Shown: positions 25,921 to 36,426 of the stretch, in pieces
Layout of the letters: each line of letters begins with the position of its first letter
How positions within the stretch are numbered: the first letter of the stretch is position 1
Translations under genes and position numbers: made by a program
Assembly (NCBI GenBank): GCA_965219085.1
Contig: OZ244720.1
Location: 2,784,001-2,848,000, forward strand
From: Dehalococcoidia bacterium
GTDB lineage: Bacteria > Chloroflexota > Dehalococcoidia > UBA2979
Length of the DNA stretch: 64,000 nt
Direction: 5' to 3'
Notes under the pieces: generated by a model
Databases searched by the model: none
Told to the model about the DNA's origin: nothing
Seen by the model: only the letters and a program-made list of their open reading frames with translations

Positions 25921-26993
25921 GCCGCCAGCTCCAGCAGCGTGTCGGCGAGCTCCTGGGCCGCGTGGGGGCGGGCGAGGCTCGACATCGCCGCGGCCATCGC
26001 GGCGCGTTGCGCGCCGTCCTCGAGCAGCCTCGCCACCTCGTCACCGAGGCGTTCGAGCTCGTCGCCGCCGAGCACGACGGCTGCGCCTTGTGATGCGAGG
26101 AAAGTCGCGTTCGCGCGCTGGTCGGAGAAGCCGCCCGGGACCACGATCGCCGGGAGCCCGGCGGCCGGCAGCTCGCCCAGCACGGAGGCGCCGGCGCGCG
26201 TGACGGCGAGGTCGGAGGCGGCCATCGCCCACGCCATCTCCTCGGTGTACGCGCGCAGCTGGTAGCGCTGCTGGCGCCAGGACGAGAGCTGCTCGCGCTC
26301 GTGGGCGAGCCACGCCTCCTCGTCGCGACCGGCGATGTGGATGATCTGCGCCTGGTCGAGCAGCGGTTGCAGCGCGTTCGCGATCGCGAGGTTGATCGTG
26401 TGCGCGCCCTGCGACCCGCCGGTCACGAGCAGCGTCGTCACCGTCGGGTCGAGGTTGAAGCGGCGCGCGCCCTCTTCGCGCTCGGCTTCGGCGAACTGGC
26501 GGCGCACGGGGTAGCCGGTCACGGTCGCCTTGTCCGGGGGCAGGTACTCCAGTGAGCCGTGGACGGAGCACGCGACCCTCGTCGCCTGGCGCTGGAGCGC
26601 CCGCACGGCCCAGCCGGGTCGGACGTCGGGGAGGAACAGCAGGAGCGGGATGCCGCGCCGCCTTGCCGCGCGCCCGACGGGTGCGGCCGCGTAGCCGCCC
26701 GTGGCGAAGACTGCGTGCGGGGCGTCGCGATCGAGCCAGCGCAGCGACTCGCGGTAGCCGAGTGCGAGCTGGATCGCGCCCCGCGCCATGCGCCACGGCG
26801 AGCGTGACCGCACCGGCGCGGCGCGCACCGCGCGGTACTCGAAGCCCTCGGCCTCGGCGACCGCGCGCTCGGGGCCGTGGGGGGTGCCGTAGTAGAACAG
26901 CTCGACGTCGGCGCGTTCGCGCAGACGCTCGGCCACCGCCACCGATGGGTAGGCGTGGCCGCCGGTGCCGCCGCCGGTGAGCACGAACTTCAT
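25917..26993 (-). CDS. murG: Lipid II GlcNAc transferase
   Basis: GGGTGGHAYP, TGGSQGA, RAGAS, DQRANA. Confidence 0.95.
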   Translation of the reverse strand: MKFVLTGGGTGGHAYPSVAVAERLRERADVELFYYGTPHGPERAVAEAEGFEYRAVRAAPVRSRSPWRMARGAIQLALGYRESLRWLDRDAPHAVFATGGYAAAPVGRAARRRGIPLLLFLPDVRPGWAVRALQRQATRVACSVHGSLEYLPPDKATVTGYPVRRQFAEAEREEGARRFNLDPTVTTLLVTGGSQGAHTINLAIANALQPLLDQAQIIHIAGRDEEAWLAHEREQLSSWRQQRYQLRAYTEEMAWAMAASDLAVTRAGASVLGELPAAGLPAIVVPGGFSDQRANATFLASQGAAVVLGGDELERLGDEVARLLEDGAQRAAMAAAMSSLARPHAAQELADTLLELAA

Positions 26994-28198
26994 CGTGATG
27001 CCGCCGCGGCGCGGCGGCGTCCCTTCCGCGCCTCGCGCACCACGCCGCGCGAGGGCGGCTCGTTGGCCGGGTCGTCCAGCGCTGCGTAGCGGGACACGGA
27101 GAGCAGCACGCCGATCGCGGTGAGCGTGACCGCCAGCGACGAGCCGCCGTAGGACAGGAAGGGGAGCGTGATGCCGGTGAGCGGGATCGAGCGCGTCACG
27201 CCGCCGACGTTGATCAGCACCTGCAGCGCGATCCACATCAGGATCCCCGCCACGAGCAGCGACCCGAACGGGTCGGCCGCGCGCTGCATGATCCGTAGCC
27301 CGCGCCACAACAGCAGCGCGAACAGCAGCAGCACGACCGTCACGCCGATGTACCCGAGCTCCTCGCCGATGATCGAGAGGATGCCGTCGGTGTGCGCTGC
27401 GGGTACGAAGAAGAACTTCTGCCTCGACACGCCGAGGCCGAGACCGGTCCAGCCGCCCGAGCCGAACGCAATGAGCATCTGCAGCGTCTGGAAGCCGTAG
27501 CCCGCGGGGTCCGCCTCGGCGGAAGTGAACGAGAGGATACGCGTCATCCCGTAGCCGCCGACGACCACGAACGCGGCAGTGAAGCCGACGGCCGTGACCA
27601 CGAGGGCCAGCAGGTGCGTGAGCCTGGCGCCCGAGACGAAGAAGAGCGTGCCCGTGATCGCCGCGATGAGCAGCGCCGTCCCCAGGTCCGGCTCGAGCAG
27701 CACGAGCGCCGTCACCAGCCCGACCATGGCGACGAACGGCACGACGCCGAGCGCGAAGTTGCGCACGGTCGGCCCCTTCGCAGCGAGCCAGGCGGCGAGG
27801 TAGACGATGACCGCCAGCTTGGCGAGCTCGCTCGGCTGGCCCGAGAGCGGCCCGATCTCGATCCAGCGCGTTGGTCCGCCCTCGACGGCGCTGACGCCGA
27901 TGCCCGGCACGAGTGCGGCGCCGAGGCCGGCCAGCGCGAGGAGCATGAGCAGCGGGCTCACCCGCCGCAGCCAGCGGTAGTCGATGAAGCTCGCGGCGAA
28001 CATGCCGGCGCAGCCGACCGCCGCCCACAGCACTTGCCGCTTGATGTAGAAGTCCGAGTCCCCGTGCGCTACGTACCCCAGCGCGTACGACGCCGAGTAG
28101 ACCGCGATGAGTCCGATCACGAGCAGCATGATCACGATCGTCACCAGCACCCAGTCCGGGCCGTGACGCTTCGGCGCGGCGAGCTGCTTGAGCGTCAC
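26990..28198 (-). CDS. ftsW: SEDS family peptidoglycan polymerase FtsW
   Basis: QPSELAK, EPDLGT, HTDGI, LPFLSYGGSS. Confidence 0.94.
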   Translation of the reverse strand: MTLKQLAAPKRHGPDWVLVTIVIMLLVIGLIAVYSASYALGYVAHGDSDFYIKRQVLWAAVGCAGMFAASFIDYRWLRRVSPLLMLLALAGLGAALVPGIGVSAVEGGPTRWIEIGPLSGQPSELAKLAVIVYLAAWLAAKGPTVRNFALGVVPFVAMVGLVTALVLLEPDLGTALLIAAITGTLFFVSGARLTHLLALVVTAVGFTAAFVVVGGYGMTRILSFTSAEADPAGYGFQTLQMLIAFGSGGWTGLGLGVSRQKFFFVPAAHTDGILSIIGEELGYIGVTVVLLLFALLLWRGLRIMQRAADPFGSLLVAGILMWIALQVLINVGGVTRSIPLTGITLPFLSYGGSSLAVTLTAIGVLLSVSRYAALDDPANEPPSRGVVREARKGRRRAAAASR

Positions 28199-29604
28199 GA
28201 CGCGCCTCCCGTGATCGCCTCGACCGCCGCGCGGAACGCGGCGCCGCGCTGTTCGAAGTTGCGGTACGCGTCGAACGACGTGCCGGCCGGCGAGCACAGC
28301 ACCACGTCGCCCTCGCGCGCGAGCTCGGCCGCCGCTGCGACGGCGGCCTCGACGTCATCGACCTCGCGCAACTCGGGACGATCGCCGTCGCGCGCGGCGC
28401 GCACGGCATCGAGGAACACGGGGCCCGCCTCGCCGAAACCGACCACCGCGCGGCAGCGCTGTACCGCCTCGCGCGCGAGCTCGCCGAGCGGGAGGTGCTT
28501 GTCGCGCCCGCCGAGCAGGAGCACCGCCCGCTCGTCGAAGGCGCGCAGCCCGGCGAGGGTGCGTTCCGGCGTCGTGGCAATCGAGTCGTTGACCCACGTC
28601 ACCCCGCGCGCCCGGGCCACCACCTCGAGGCGGTGGGGGACGCCGCGGAACGTGCGGATCGCTTGCGCGGCCGCGTCGTCCTCGACACCGAGTTGGGCGG
28701 CCAGGCCCACGGCGGTGACGACGTTGGCGACGTTATGGTCGCCGCGCAGGGGAATGTCCCCGCGCCCAATCACGGGGTGCTCGCGCCCGTCCTCGACGCG
28801 CACGACCACGCCGCGGGAGACGGTCGCGCCGTCGCCGGGGAGCGCCCGCTCGACGGAGGTGTAGCGCACGAGGCCCGGCGCCTCCTCGGCGAAGCCCGCG
28901 GCGACCTCGTCGTCGATGTGGAAGACCGCGACGTCGTCGGGCTGCTGGAACTCGAAGATGCGCCGCTTGAGGCCGACGTACGACGACCACGAGTAGGCGT
29001 CGAGGTGGTTGGGGGTGACGTTCGTCACGCACGCGATGTGGGGGCTCTGCTCGACCGACTCGAGTTGCGTGTGCGACAGCTCGAGCACGACGTTCGTCGT
29101 CGGCTCGATGCGGTCGAGCAGGCCCAGCAGGCCGACGCCGATGTTGCCACCGACGACATAATCAGCACCCGATGCTTCGAGCATCGCGCCGACGAGGGCC
29201 GTGGTGGTGGTCTTACCGGACGAGCCGGTGATGCCGGCGACGGGCGCGGGACACGTCTCCAGGAACAGCCGCGTCATCGACGAGATCGGTACGTCGGCGC
29301 GGCGCGCGGCGCGCAGCGCCGGTAGATCCTGCGGGACGCCCTGCGAGGCGAAGACGGTGTCCGCGCCGACCATGTCCTCCTCGCGATTCGCGCCCAGCGA
29401 CAGCGTCACGTCGAGGTCGGAGATGGCGTCGAGGGCATCGCGGAGCTGCTCGGCGGGGCGCGCGTCGGAGACGGTGACGCGGGCTGCGCGCGGCGCGAGG
29501 AATCGAACGAGATCGATGCCCTCAATGCCGAGGCCGACGACGGTCACGCGGGTACCCTCGTAGTTATGATCAGGCGCCAACGCACGTTTATGGTTTCCGT
29601 ACAC
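28195..29604 (-). CDS. murD: UDP-MurNAc-L-Ala--D-Glu ligase
   Basis: ITGSSGKTTT, GGNIG, HRLE, NDSIAT, FEQRG; exact start uncertain. Confidence 0.93.
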   Translation of the reverse strand: MYGNHKRALAPDHNYEGTRVTVVGLGIEGIDLVRFLAPRAARVTVSDARPAEQLRDALDAISDLDVTLSLGANREEDMVGADTVFASQGVPQDLPALRAARRADVPISSMTRLFLETCPAPVAGITGSSGKTTTTALVGAMLEASGADYVVGGNIGVGLLGLLDRIEPTTNVVLELSHTQLESVEQSPHIACVTNVTPNHLDAYSWSSYVGLKRRIFEFQQPDDVAVFHIDDEVAAGFAEEAPGLVRYTSVERALPGDGATVSRGVVVRVEDGREHPVIGRGDIPLRGDHNVANVVTAVGLAAQLGVEDDAAAQAIRTFRGVPHRLEVVARARGVTWVNDSIATTPERTLAGLRAFDERAVLLLGGRDKHLPLGELAREAVQRCRAVVGFGEAGPVFLDAVRAARDGDRPELREVDDVEAAVAAAAELAREGDVVLCSPAGTSFDAYRNFEQRGAAFRAAVEAITGGAS

Positions 29605-29611
29605 GCTTATA

Positions 29612-30577
29612 TCACACCGCCAGAGCCAATGCGATGCCGACCATCGCGCCGGCGAAGGCAAATAGCCATAACCGCAGCACCACCTGCGGCTCGCTCCACC
29701 CGATGAGCTCCATGTGGTGATGCAGCGGTGTCATACGGAAGAAGCGCCGCCCACCTGTCGTCTGGAAGTACGCGATCTGGATGAGCGTCGAGCCTGCCTC
29801 GACGACAAACACGATCCCGATGATCGGGAGCAGCAGCCAGTGCCCGGTCATGAGGGCCACGGTCGCCAGCGACGCGCCGAGCGGCAGTGCGCCTGTGTCG
29901 CCCATGAACAGCGAGGCGGGGTGGACGTTGTACCAGAGGAACCCCAGCAGCGCCCCCGTCACCGTGAATGAGAACGTCGCGAGGAACGCCTGCTCCTGCA
30001 TGAACGCGATCACCCCGTACGCCGCGAAGGCGACCGCGGCGGTGCCGCCGAGGAGCCCGTCGAGCCCGTCGGTGATCGAGACGGCGCTCGTGGTCGCGAT
30101 GATCGTGACCACGGCGATTGGGATGTAGAACAGCCTGAGCTCGTACCCGCCGAGCCACGGGACGTTCACGCTCCGCGCGTCGAGGAGGAAGTAGAGGATC
30201 AACGACACGGCCAGCGCGAGACCGACCATGTAGACGAACTTGAGGCGCCAGGTCAGCGCCCGTCGTCCCGGGAAGCGGTCGACGAGCGTCCCCATGTCGT
30301 CGAGCGCGCCGACGATGAGGCCGGAGATCACGACGCCGAGCGGCAGCAGGATGCTGAGCCGGTCGAAGAGGTTGGTGGGGATCGTCACGATCGCCACCGC
30401 GCCGAAGATGAGCAGCCCGCCCATGGTGGGCGTGCCGGCCTTCACGTCGTGCGACGAGGGGCCATCCTCGGAGATGGCCTTGCCGATCCGCTGGCCGACG
30501 AGCCAGCGCACTACCCAGCTGCCGCCGAGCAGGGCGACCACGAACGCGGCGCTCCCGGTGAGCAACGCATCCGTCAT
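29612..30577 (-). CDS. mraY: Phospho-MurNAc-pentapeptide transferase
   Basis: KAGTPTMGG, TDGLDGL, FMGDTG, PLHHH. Confidence 0.95.
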   Translation of the reverse strand: MTDALLTGSAAFVVALLGGSWVVRWLVGQRIGKAISEDGPSSHDVKAGTPTMGGLLIFGAVAIVTIPTNLFDRLSILLPLGVVISGLIVGALDDMGTLVDRFPGRRALTWRLKFVYMVGLALAVSLILYFLLDARSVNVPWLGGYELRLFYIPIAVVTIIATTSAVSITDGLDGLLGGTAAVAFAAYGVIAFMQEQAFLATFSFTVTGALLGFLWYNVHPASLFMGDTGALPLGASLATVALMTGHWLLLPIIGIVFVVEAGSTLIQIAYFQTTGGRRFFRMTPLHHHMELIGWSEPQVVLRLWLFAFAGAMVGIALALAV

Positions 30578-32004
30578 GGCACGGGCTCCCCGGGTGCATC
30601 GGCGTCCCGCGCACGCGAGGCGAGTCGCGACTCCACTGCCGCCACCACCGTTTCCAGCGCGAGTGCGCGCGACCCCTTCACGAGCAGCGCATCGCCCGGC
30701 CGCAGCGTCGCGATCAGCGCCCGCGCCGCCGCCTCCTTCGAGTCGGCGTGCTCGGCGGCTTGCAGCCCGCAACCCTGCGCGGCCTGTGCGATGCGCGAAG
30801 CGAGGTCGCCGACCGTGAACAGCACGTCGGCGACACCCGCGGCGCGACGGCCCACCACGTCGTGCGAGGACTCGGCGAGGTCGCCGAGTTCGAGCATGTC
30901 GCCGAGCAGCGCGAGCTTGCGCCCCGGCATCTCGGCCAGCAGGTCGAGCGCGGCGAGGGTCGCCGCCGGGCTCGCGTTGTAGGTGTCGTCGAGCAGCGTG
31001 ACGCCGCCCGGCAACTCGCGGACCGTGAGCCGTAGCGGCACGTCGAGCGCCTCGAGGGTGGAGCAGACCCCGTCGAGCGGTATGTCCTCGGTGAGCCCGG
31101 CCGCGGCGGCGGCGAGCACGTTCGGCAACAGGTGCGCGCCGGGCAACGGCACGCGCACGCGCCGTTGCTCGCCCCGAGCGTGCAGGGTGAAGGCGAAGCC
31201 GGCAGCGCCCAGCGGTTCGAGGTCCGTGCCGCGCACGTCGGCGTCCCCGACGGTGCCGAAGCGCGTCACCGGCGCGGCGGTGTGTGCGGCCATCGCCGCT
31301 ACCACGGGGTCGTCGATGTTCAGCAGCGCGTGGCCGTCGGGCGGCAGCGCCTCGACGAGCTCGCGCTTCGCGCGAGCGATGGCGTCGAGCGAGCCGGCGC
31401 GTTCGAGGTGCACCGGCCCCACGTTGAGCACGATGCCGGTGCGCGGGCGCGTCCACGTGCAGAGCAGCGCGATCTCGCCGGTGGTGTACATGCCGTGCTC
31501 GATCACCGCGCGCCCGGTCTCCGGCCGCAGTTCGAGCAGGCAGAGCGGCACGCCGATCTCGTTGTTGTAGTTGAGCTCGCTGGCCTGCACGCGGAATCGC
31601 CGGGCCAGCACGGAGGCGGCCATCAGCTTCGTCGTCGTCTTGCCGACGTTGCCCGTGACGCCGACGACCTCGGTCGCCGGCAGGGCGGCGCGCCACGCGG
31701 CCCCCAGCTCCTGCAGCGCGGCGAGCGGCTCGTCGACGACGAACAGCGTGGCGCCTTCGATGGCCGCGGGTTCGGCGGGCGGTGCGCTCACGAGCACGCC
31801 CGACGCGCCACGCCGGACGGCGTCGGCGGCGAACCCGGCGCCGTCGGCATGCTCGCCGGGCAGCCCGACGAACAGGTCGCCGGGGCCGGCCCGTCGCGAG
31901 TCGATGACGGCGCGCGTGAAGCGCGCGCCGGGGCCGCGGCGCTCCCGCAGCCGGCCGGCCAGCACGCGGCCGACGAATGCGGCGTCGAGCTGCGGGGCAC
32001 TCAT
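30574..32004 (-). CDS. murF: UDP-MurNAc-tripeptide--D-Ala-D-Ala ligase
   Basis: GKTTTK, NNEIGVP, DDTYNASP, LGDMLELG, KGSR. Confidence 0.95.
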   Translation of the reverse strand: MSAPQLDAAFVGRVLAGRLRERRGPGARFTRAVIDSRRAGPGDLFVGLPGEHADGAGFAADAVRRGASGVLVSAPPAEPAAIEGATLFVVDEPLAALQELGAAWRAALPATEVVGVTGNVGKTTTKLMAASVLARRFRVQASELNYNNEIGVPLCLLELRPETGRAVIEHGMYTTGEIALLCTWTRPRTGIVLNVGPVHLERAGSLDAIARAKRELVEALPPDGHALLNIDDPVVAAMAAHTAAPVTRFGTVGDADVRGTDLEPLGAAGFAFTLHARGEQRRVRVPLPGAHLLPNVLAAAAAGLTEDIPLDGVCSTLEALDVPLRLTVRELPGGVTLLDDTYNASPAATLAALDLLAEMPGRKLALLGDMLELGDLAESSHDVVGRRAAGVADVLFTVGDLASRIAQAAQGCGLQAAEHADSKEAAARALIATLRPGDALLVKGSRALALETVVAAVESRLASRARDADAPGEPVP

Positions 32005-33749
32005 GGCGCCGCCACCTGCGGCTGCGTGATGGGCACGTTCAGGTACTCCATGATGTCGCCCGCGATGCGTGCGAAGACGGGCGCCGCCACCACACCGCCG
32101 AGGTGTGAGTCTGCGCTGGGCCGGTCGATCTTCACCAGGATGGTGACACGCGGGTCTTCGTACGGCAGGAATCCCGCGAACGACGCGATCGTGGTCTCGA
32201 AGTCGTACCCCTCGGCGGTCGAGAGCAGGGTCGTGCCGGTCTTGCCGGCGACGCGGTAGCCGTCGACGCGGGCGAGGTGGTAGGGCACGTTCTCGACGAC
32301 GTCGTGCATCATCTGGGCGAGCGTCTGCGCGGTCTGCGCCGTCACCACCTGCCGGACCGCGACCGGCTCGAGCCGGCGGACGCCCTCGCGCGTGGCGACC
32401 TGGGCGACGATCTGCGGCTGGATCAGCGCGCCGTCGTTGGCGAACACGTTGACCGCGGCGATCGTCTGCAGCGGGGTGACCGCGAGCCCCTGGCCGTACG
32501 AGTTCGTCGCCAGGTCCACCGGGTACCAGTCGTCGTCGCCCGGATGCCGCATCAACCCGGCCGCCTCGCCCGAGAGCCCGATGTGCGTCCGCTCCCCGAT
32601 GCCGAAACGCGCGAGGTAGTCGTAGAAGTGGCGCGCGCCGATCTGCTCGGAGAGCCAGGCCGAGCCGGTGTTGAGCGAGTGCTGGAGGTACTCGGTCATC
32701 GTCACCTCACCGTAGGCGACGAAGTTCCAGTTGCGGATCGTGCCGCCCGTGACGTGCACGACGCCCTCGTCGACGTACGTCGAGTCGGGGGTGACGAGCC
32801 CGAGGTCGATCGCCATGGCCGTGGTCAGCGTCTTGAACACCGAGCCCGGCTCGTAGAGGTCGGTGATGGGGCGGTTTCGGACGAGATCGCCGAGGTCTTC
32901 CGCCTCGAGATCGAGGGTCGAGAGCCGCACGGTTGGCAGTGAGGCCATCGCCAGGATCGCGCCCGTGCGGGACTCCATAACGATGATGGCGCCACCGGTC
33001 GCGTCGTTCTCCTCGACGGCCCGGGCGAGCTCGCGCTCGGCGATGGCCTGGATGAAGCGATCGATGGTGAGCTGCACGTCGCCACCGGCGAGCGGGGTGC
33101 GGGTGGTGGGCTGCACGAACGAGATGGGGCGCCCGAGCGGGTCCTCCTCGCCGATGACGAGGCCCGGCCGGCCGCGCAGGACGTGGTCGAAGTCTGACTC
33201 CACCCCCCACAGGCCGTTGCCATCGAGGCCGACGTAGCCGATGAGCGGACCAGCGAGCTCCCGCTCGGCGTAGACGCGGCGCGAGCTGGGCAGCAGGCGC
33301 ACGCCCCACAGCCCGGCCTCGCGCAGCTCGCGCCCGCGCTCGTACTCCAGCAGGCGCAGCACCGGCACGTCGCCGATGGACCGCGACGTGCCGAGTGCGA
33401 ACAGTTCGCCGGGGTCGCGGTTCAGCGCGGCGCCGAGCTGCGCCGCGGCAACCGCGGCGCGATCGCGGTCGCGCCACAGGAACGTGTCGATGTAGACGTC
33501 CCACGTGTCGATCGAGGTGGCGAGCGGGTAGCCGGTGGCGTCGAGGATGGCGCCGCGGCTCGCCGGTACCTCGGCGGCGCCGATGTGCGCTGCTGCCGCC
33601 TCCTCGACGTACTGCCCGTGTCCGCCGATCTGGATCACGGCGAGCCGGGCGAGGAGCGCTGCGAAGCCCGCGACGACCATCGTCGCGAGCAGCCAGTGCC
33701 GCCACGTCAGGTGATTCGGTCGCACCGCGTCGCGCTGCTCTGCAGGCAC
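32001..33749 (-). CDS. ftsI: Class B PBP (FtsI/PBP3)
   Basis: RGAILD, YEPGSVFK, SLN, KTGT; GGAGGA RBS. Confidence 0.92.
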   Translation of the reverse strand: MPAEQRDAVRPNHLTWRHWLLATMVVAGFAALLARLAVIQIGGHGQYVEEAAAAHIGAAEVPASRGAILDATGYPLATSIDTWDVYIDTFLWRDRDRAAVAAAQLGAALNRDPGELFALGTSRSIGDVPVLRLLEYERGRELREAGLWGVRLLPSSRRVYAERELAGPLIGYVGLDGNGLWGVESDFDHVLRGRPGLVIGEEDPLGRPISFVQPTTRTPLAGGDVQLTIDRFIQAIAERELARAVEENDATGGAIIVMESRTGAILAMASLPTVRLSTLDLEAEDLGDLVRNRPITDLYEPGSVFKTLTTAMAIDLGLVTPDSTYVDEGVVHVTGGTIRNWNFVAYGEVTMTEYLQHSLNTGSAWLSEQIGARHFYDYLARFGIGERTHIGLSGEAAGLMRHPGDDDWYPVDLATNSYGQGLAVTPLQTIAAVNVFANDGALIQPQIVAQVATREGVRRLEPVAVRQVVTAQTAQTLAQMMHDVVENVPYHLARVDGYRVAGKTGTTLLSTAEGYDFETTIASFAGFLPYEDPRVTILVKIDRPSADSHLGGVVAAPVFARIAGDIMEYLNVPITQPQVAAP

Positions 33750-33818
33750 GAGCGTCCTCCCCGCCGCGCCTCCCGCTTCATGGACCGGGCGGCGCGGTGC
33801 AGCCCGTTCGCGCCGGGA

Positions 33819-34346
33819 CTACTCGATCCCGGATACGCCCCACAGCATCCCGGACCACCACGGTTCGAGTGGCGCCGGCGGCTCCGGCGCCGGTCGCACA
33901 TAGCGCTCCGGCATCGGCGCGACATCGGGTGCGGGCACGCCGACGGAGATCCGCACGGTGTCGTCGGGCCGCACCATGCCGAGCCTGCCGGTGGCCGCGG
34001 CGTGCACGGTCTCCAGATTGGTCATCTGCGCAATCTCGGCTTCGCGCAGGCGCACCTCGACGGCCAGTTCGGTGCGCTGCTGCTGGAGCTGACGCAGCTC
34101 GTACCCCGACGCGGCCATGCGGCTGCTCTGCAGCACCTGCAGGGAGCCGATGGCCGCGAGGCTCACGAGCGCGATCAGTGCGAGGAGGAGGGAGACGCCG
34201 CGCAGCAGACGTCCTGCGACGCTGCTGCGCGGCCTGGGGAGCGATGCGGCTTTCCGGCGGATGCGCGCGGTGTATGTCGGGGTTGTGGCCGGCGCAGCCG
34301 GACGCCCGTACCCCGCGCCGAGTTGTGGTGCTCCGAGCGCGGTCAT
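33819..34346 (-). CDS. ftsL: FtsL-like cell division protein
   Basis: Single TM followed by coiled coil, ...RLGMVRP; position between rsmH and ftsI. Confidence 0.7.
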   Translation of the reverse strand: MTALGAPQLGAGYGRPAAPATTPTYTARIRRKAASLPRPRSSVAGRLLRGVSLLLALIALVSLAAIGSLQVLQSSRMAASGYELRQLQQQRTELAVEVRLREAEIAQMTNLETVHAAATGRLGMVRPDDTVRISVGVPAPDVAPMPERYVRPAPEPPAPLEPWWSGMLWGVSGIE

Positions 34347-35305
34347 CAGGCCGCCGCCCGTCCGAGCGCCTCCGCGACACGGAGGCGCGCCGATCGCGCG
34401 CGCGGGTTGCGGGCGACCTCGTCGGCGCCGGGCTTGCGCACGCGCCTCGTCACCCGCCGCAGCGTGGCGACGTGTCCGCAGATGCAGATGGGGGTACGAG
34501 GCGGGCAGACGCACTCGGTCGACTCGCGCCGGAAGTGCTCCTTCACGACGCGATCCTCGAGCGAGTGGAAGGCGAGCACGGCGATGCGCGCGCCCGCGCC
34601 GCCGAGCAGGCTGCAGGCAGCGGAGAGGGTGTCGGCCAGGAAGTCCATTTCCTGGTTCACCGCAATCCGCAGGGCCTGGAACGTCAGAGTGGCGGGGTGA
34701 TGATGACGTTCCCGACCCCTGCCTACAGCCTGCTCGACGGCGCGGACCAAATCGCCCGTCGTATGCAAGGGCCGCCGGGCCACGATCGCTCGTGCAATCG
34801 CGCGCGCCCGGCGCTCCTCGCCGTAGCGGCGGATGATGTCCGCCAGCTCGGCTTCCTCGTACTCGTTGACGATGATCGCCGCGGTCAGTTCCGCGTCTGG
34901 ATCCATGCGCATGTTCAGCGGCTCGTCGCGCTGGAACGAGAAGCCCCGCCCCGGGGCATCGAGTTGCAGCGACGAGACGCCGAGGTCGAAGAGCACGCCA
35001 CTGACTTGCTCGAACCCCTGCTCGTGCGCGATTTCAGCGATCTCGCTGTGGTGGCCGTGCACCAGCACCGCGGCGTCGCCAAACTCGGCGAGCCGCTCGC
35101 CCGCAATCGCCAGTGCGTTCGGGTCGAGGTCGATGCCGAGCAGCGCGCCGTCGGGCTGCGCCGCGTCCAGGATCGCCTTGGCGTGCCCGCCCAGGCCGAC
35201 CGTCGCGTCGATGTAGCGACCGCCCGGACGGATGTCGAGGCCGTCGAGCACCTCGGTGACCATCACCGGCTCGTGGCGGGGCGCAGTTGTGGCGCCGGCG
35301 GTCAT
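34346..35305 (-). CDS. rsmH: 16S rRNA m4C1402 methyltransferase
   Basis: HEPVM, DATVGLGGH, DLGVSS.QLD, FHSLEDR, NPRARSARLR. Confidence 0.96.
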   Translation of the reverse strand: MTAGATTAPRHEPVMVTEVLDGLDIRPGGRYIDATVGLGGHAKAILDAAQPDGALLGIDLDPNALAIAGERLAEFGDAAVLVHGHHSEIAEIAHEQGFEQVSGVLFDLGVSSLQLDAPGRGFSFQRDEPLNMRMDPDAELTAAIIVNEYEEAELADIIRRYGEERRARAIARAIVARRPLHTTGDLVRAVEQAVGRGRERHHHPATLTFQALRIAVNQEMDFLADTLSAACSLLGGAGARIAVLAFHSLEDRVVKEHFRRESTECVCPPRTPICICGHVATLRRVTRRVRKPGADEVARNPRARSARLRVAEALGRAAA

Positions 35306-35721
35306 GCGTCGTCCTCCGCGACTGCTGCCAGCGCAGCCTCGTCAGCGCTCTCCCACCGGGCGAGATCCCAGACCTCGACGTAGTCGCCGAGGCCGACGAG
35401 GACGACGCGGTCCTCCAGGCTGGCGTGATCCCGCATTTCCTGCGGGATCACGATCCGCCCCTGCTGGTCGAGTTGGTGAAATCCGAAGGCACGGGACAGG
35501 AAGGCCCGACGCCGCTGGCGACCGATGCGCGTACGCGTGTCCGAGTCGCCGAGCACCTCGTCGGTCTTCGCCGTGAAGCTCTCATGCGTGTAGAGCTCGA
35601 GGCAGCCGTCGTCGGCGGGGCGGAGTACGCCACCGTCCTGGAGTTCGCGGCGATAGACGGCCGGAATCGCGACCCGGCCACGGCCATCCAGCGAGTGCTC
35701 GTGAGCGCCAAAGAAATGCAC
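35302..35721 (-). CDS. mraZ: Transcriptional regulator MraZ
   Basis: Two D..GR..IP motifs (LDGRGRVAIP, LDQQGRIVIP). Confidence 0.93.
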   Translation of the reverse strand: MHFFGAHEHSLDGRGRVAIPAVYRRELQDGGVLRPADDGCLELYTHESFTAKTDEVLGDSDTRTRIGRQRRRAFLSRAFGFHQLDQQGRIVIPQEMRDHASLEDRVVLVGLGDYVEVWDLARWESADEAALAAVAEDDA

Positions 35722-35749
35722 GGCGGTCTCCAGGCCAAGCGGCCTTCCT

Positions 35750-35790
35750 TGTGTGAAGTGTTGGGAATCTCGCCCATTTCACCCCATCGA
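35750..35790 (-). promoter_or_regulatory. Putative MraZ operator repeats
   Basis: Minus strand gATGGGgtgaaATGGGcgag: TGGG boxes 10 nt apart upstream of mraZ. Confidence 0.45.
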
Positions 35791-35883
35791 GCCCCCGGAT
35801 ACTACCAGACGCGCCACCGCCCGAACAACCGGCCCTGCCGCCCCCACGCGAGCCTTTGCTACGATCGGCGTCAGGAGACCACG

Positions 35884-36411
35884 ATGACCGAACGACCCGC
35901 CCTCGGACGCGCAGCCGTCCTCACCGTTAGCGACCGCGCCGCGGCCGGGGCGTTCGTCGACACCGCCGGGCCCGCCGTGGCCGCGATGCTGCGCGAGGCG
36001 GGCTTCGACGCGGCCGACCCTGACGTGCTGCCCGACGACCCCGACGCCATCGCCGCGTGGCTGCGGCGCCAGGCCGACGACGAGCACGTCGCCCTCGCCA
36101 TCACGGCCGGCGGTACCGGCCTCGGGCCGCGCGACCGCACGCCGCAGGCGACGGAGGGCGTGCTCGACTACCGCGTCGACGGCATCGCCGAGGCGATGCG
36201 CGCCGCCTCGATCGCGATCGTGCCGACGGCGATGCTCTCGCGCGCCGTGGCCGGGGTGCGAGGTCGCACGCTCATCGTCAACCTGCCCGGCAGCGAGCGC
36301 GGCGCACGCGAGAACCTCGAGGTGGTGTTGCCGGTCCTTGCACACGCGGTCACACAGCTGACCGGCGACGCCGAGCCCTCGCCGCCGACCGGCACCCACG
36401 GCCGCGGCTAG
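35884..36411 (+). CDS. MogA/MoaB molybdenum cofactor biosynthesis protein
   Basis: LTVSDR, GGTGLGPRDRTP, LSR, NLPGS. Confidence 0.92.
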   Translation: MTERPALGRAAVLTVSDRAAAGAFVDTAGPAVAAMLREAGFDAADPDVLPDDPDAIAAWLRRQADDEHVALAITAGGTGLGPRDRTPQATEGVLDYRVDGIAEAMRAASIAIVPTAMLSRAVAGVRGRTLIVNLPGSERGARENLEVVLPVLAHAVTQLTGDAEPSPPTGTHGRG

Positions 36412-36426
36412 CCGCGGCGCGGCCCC

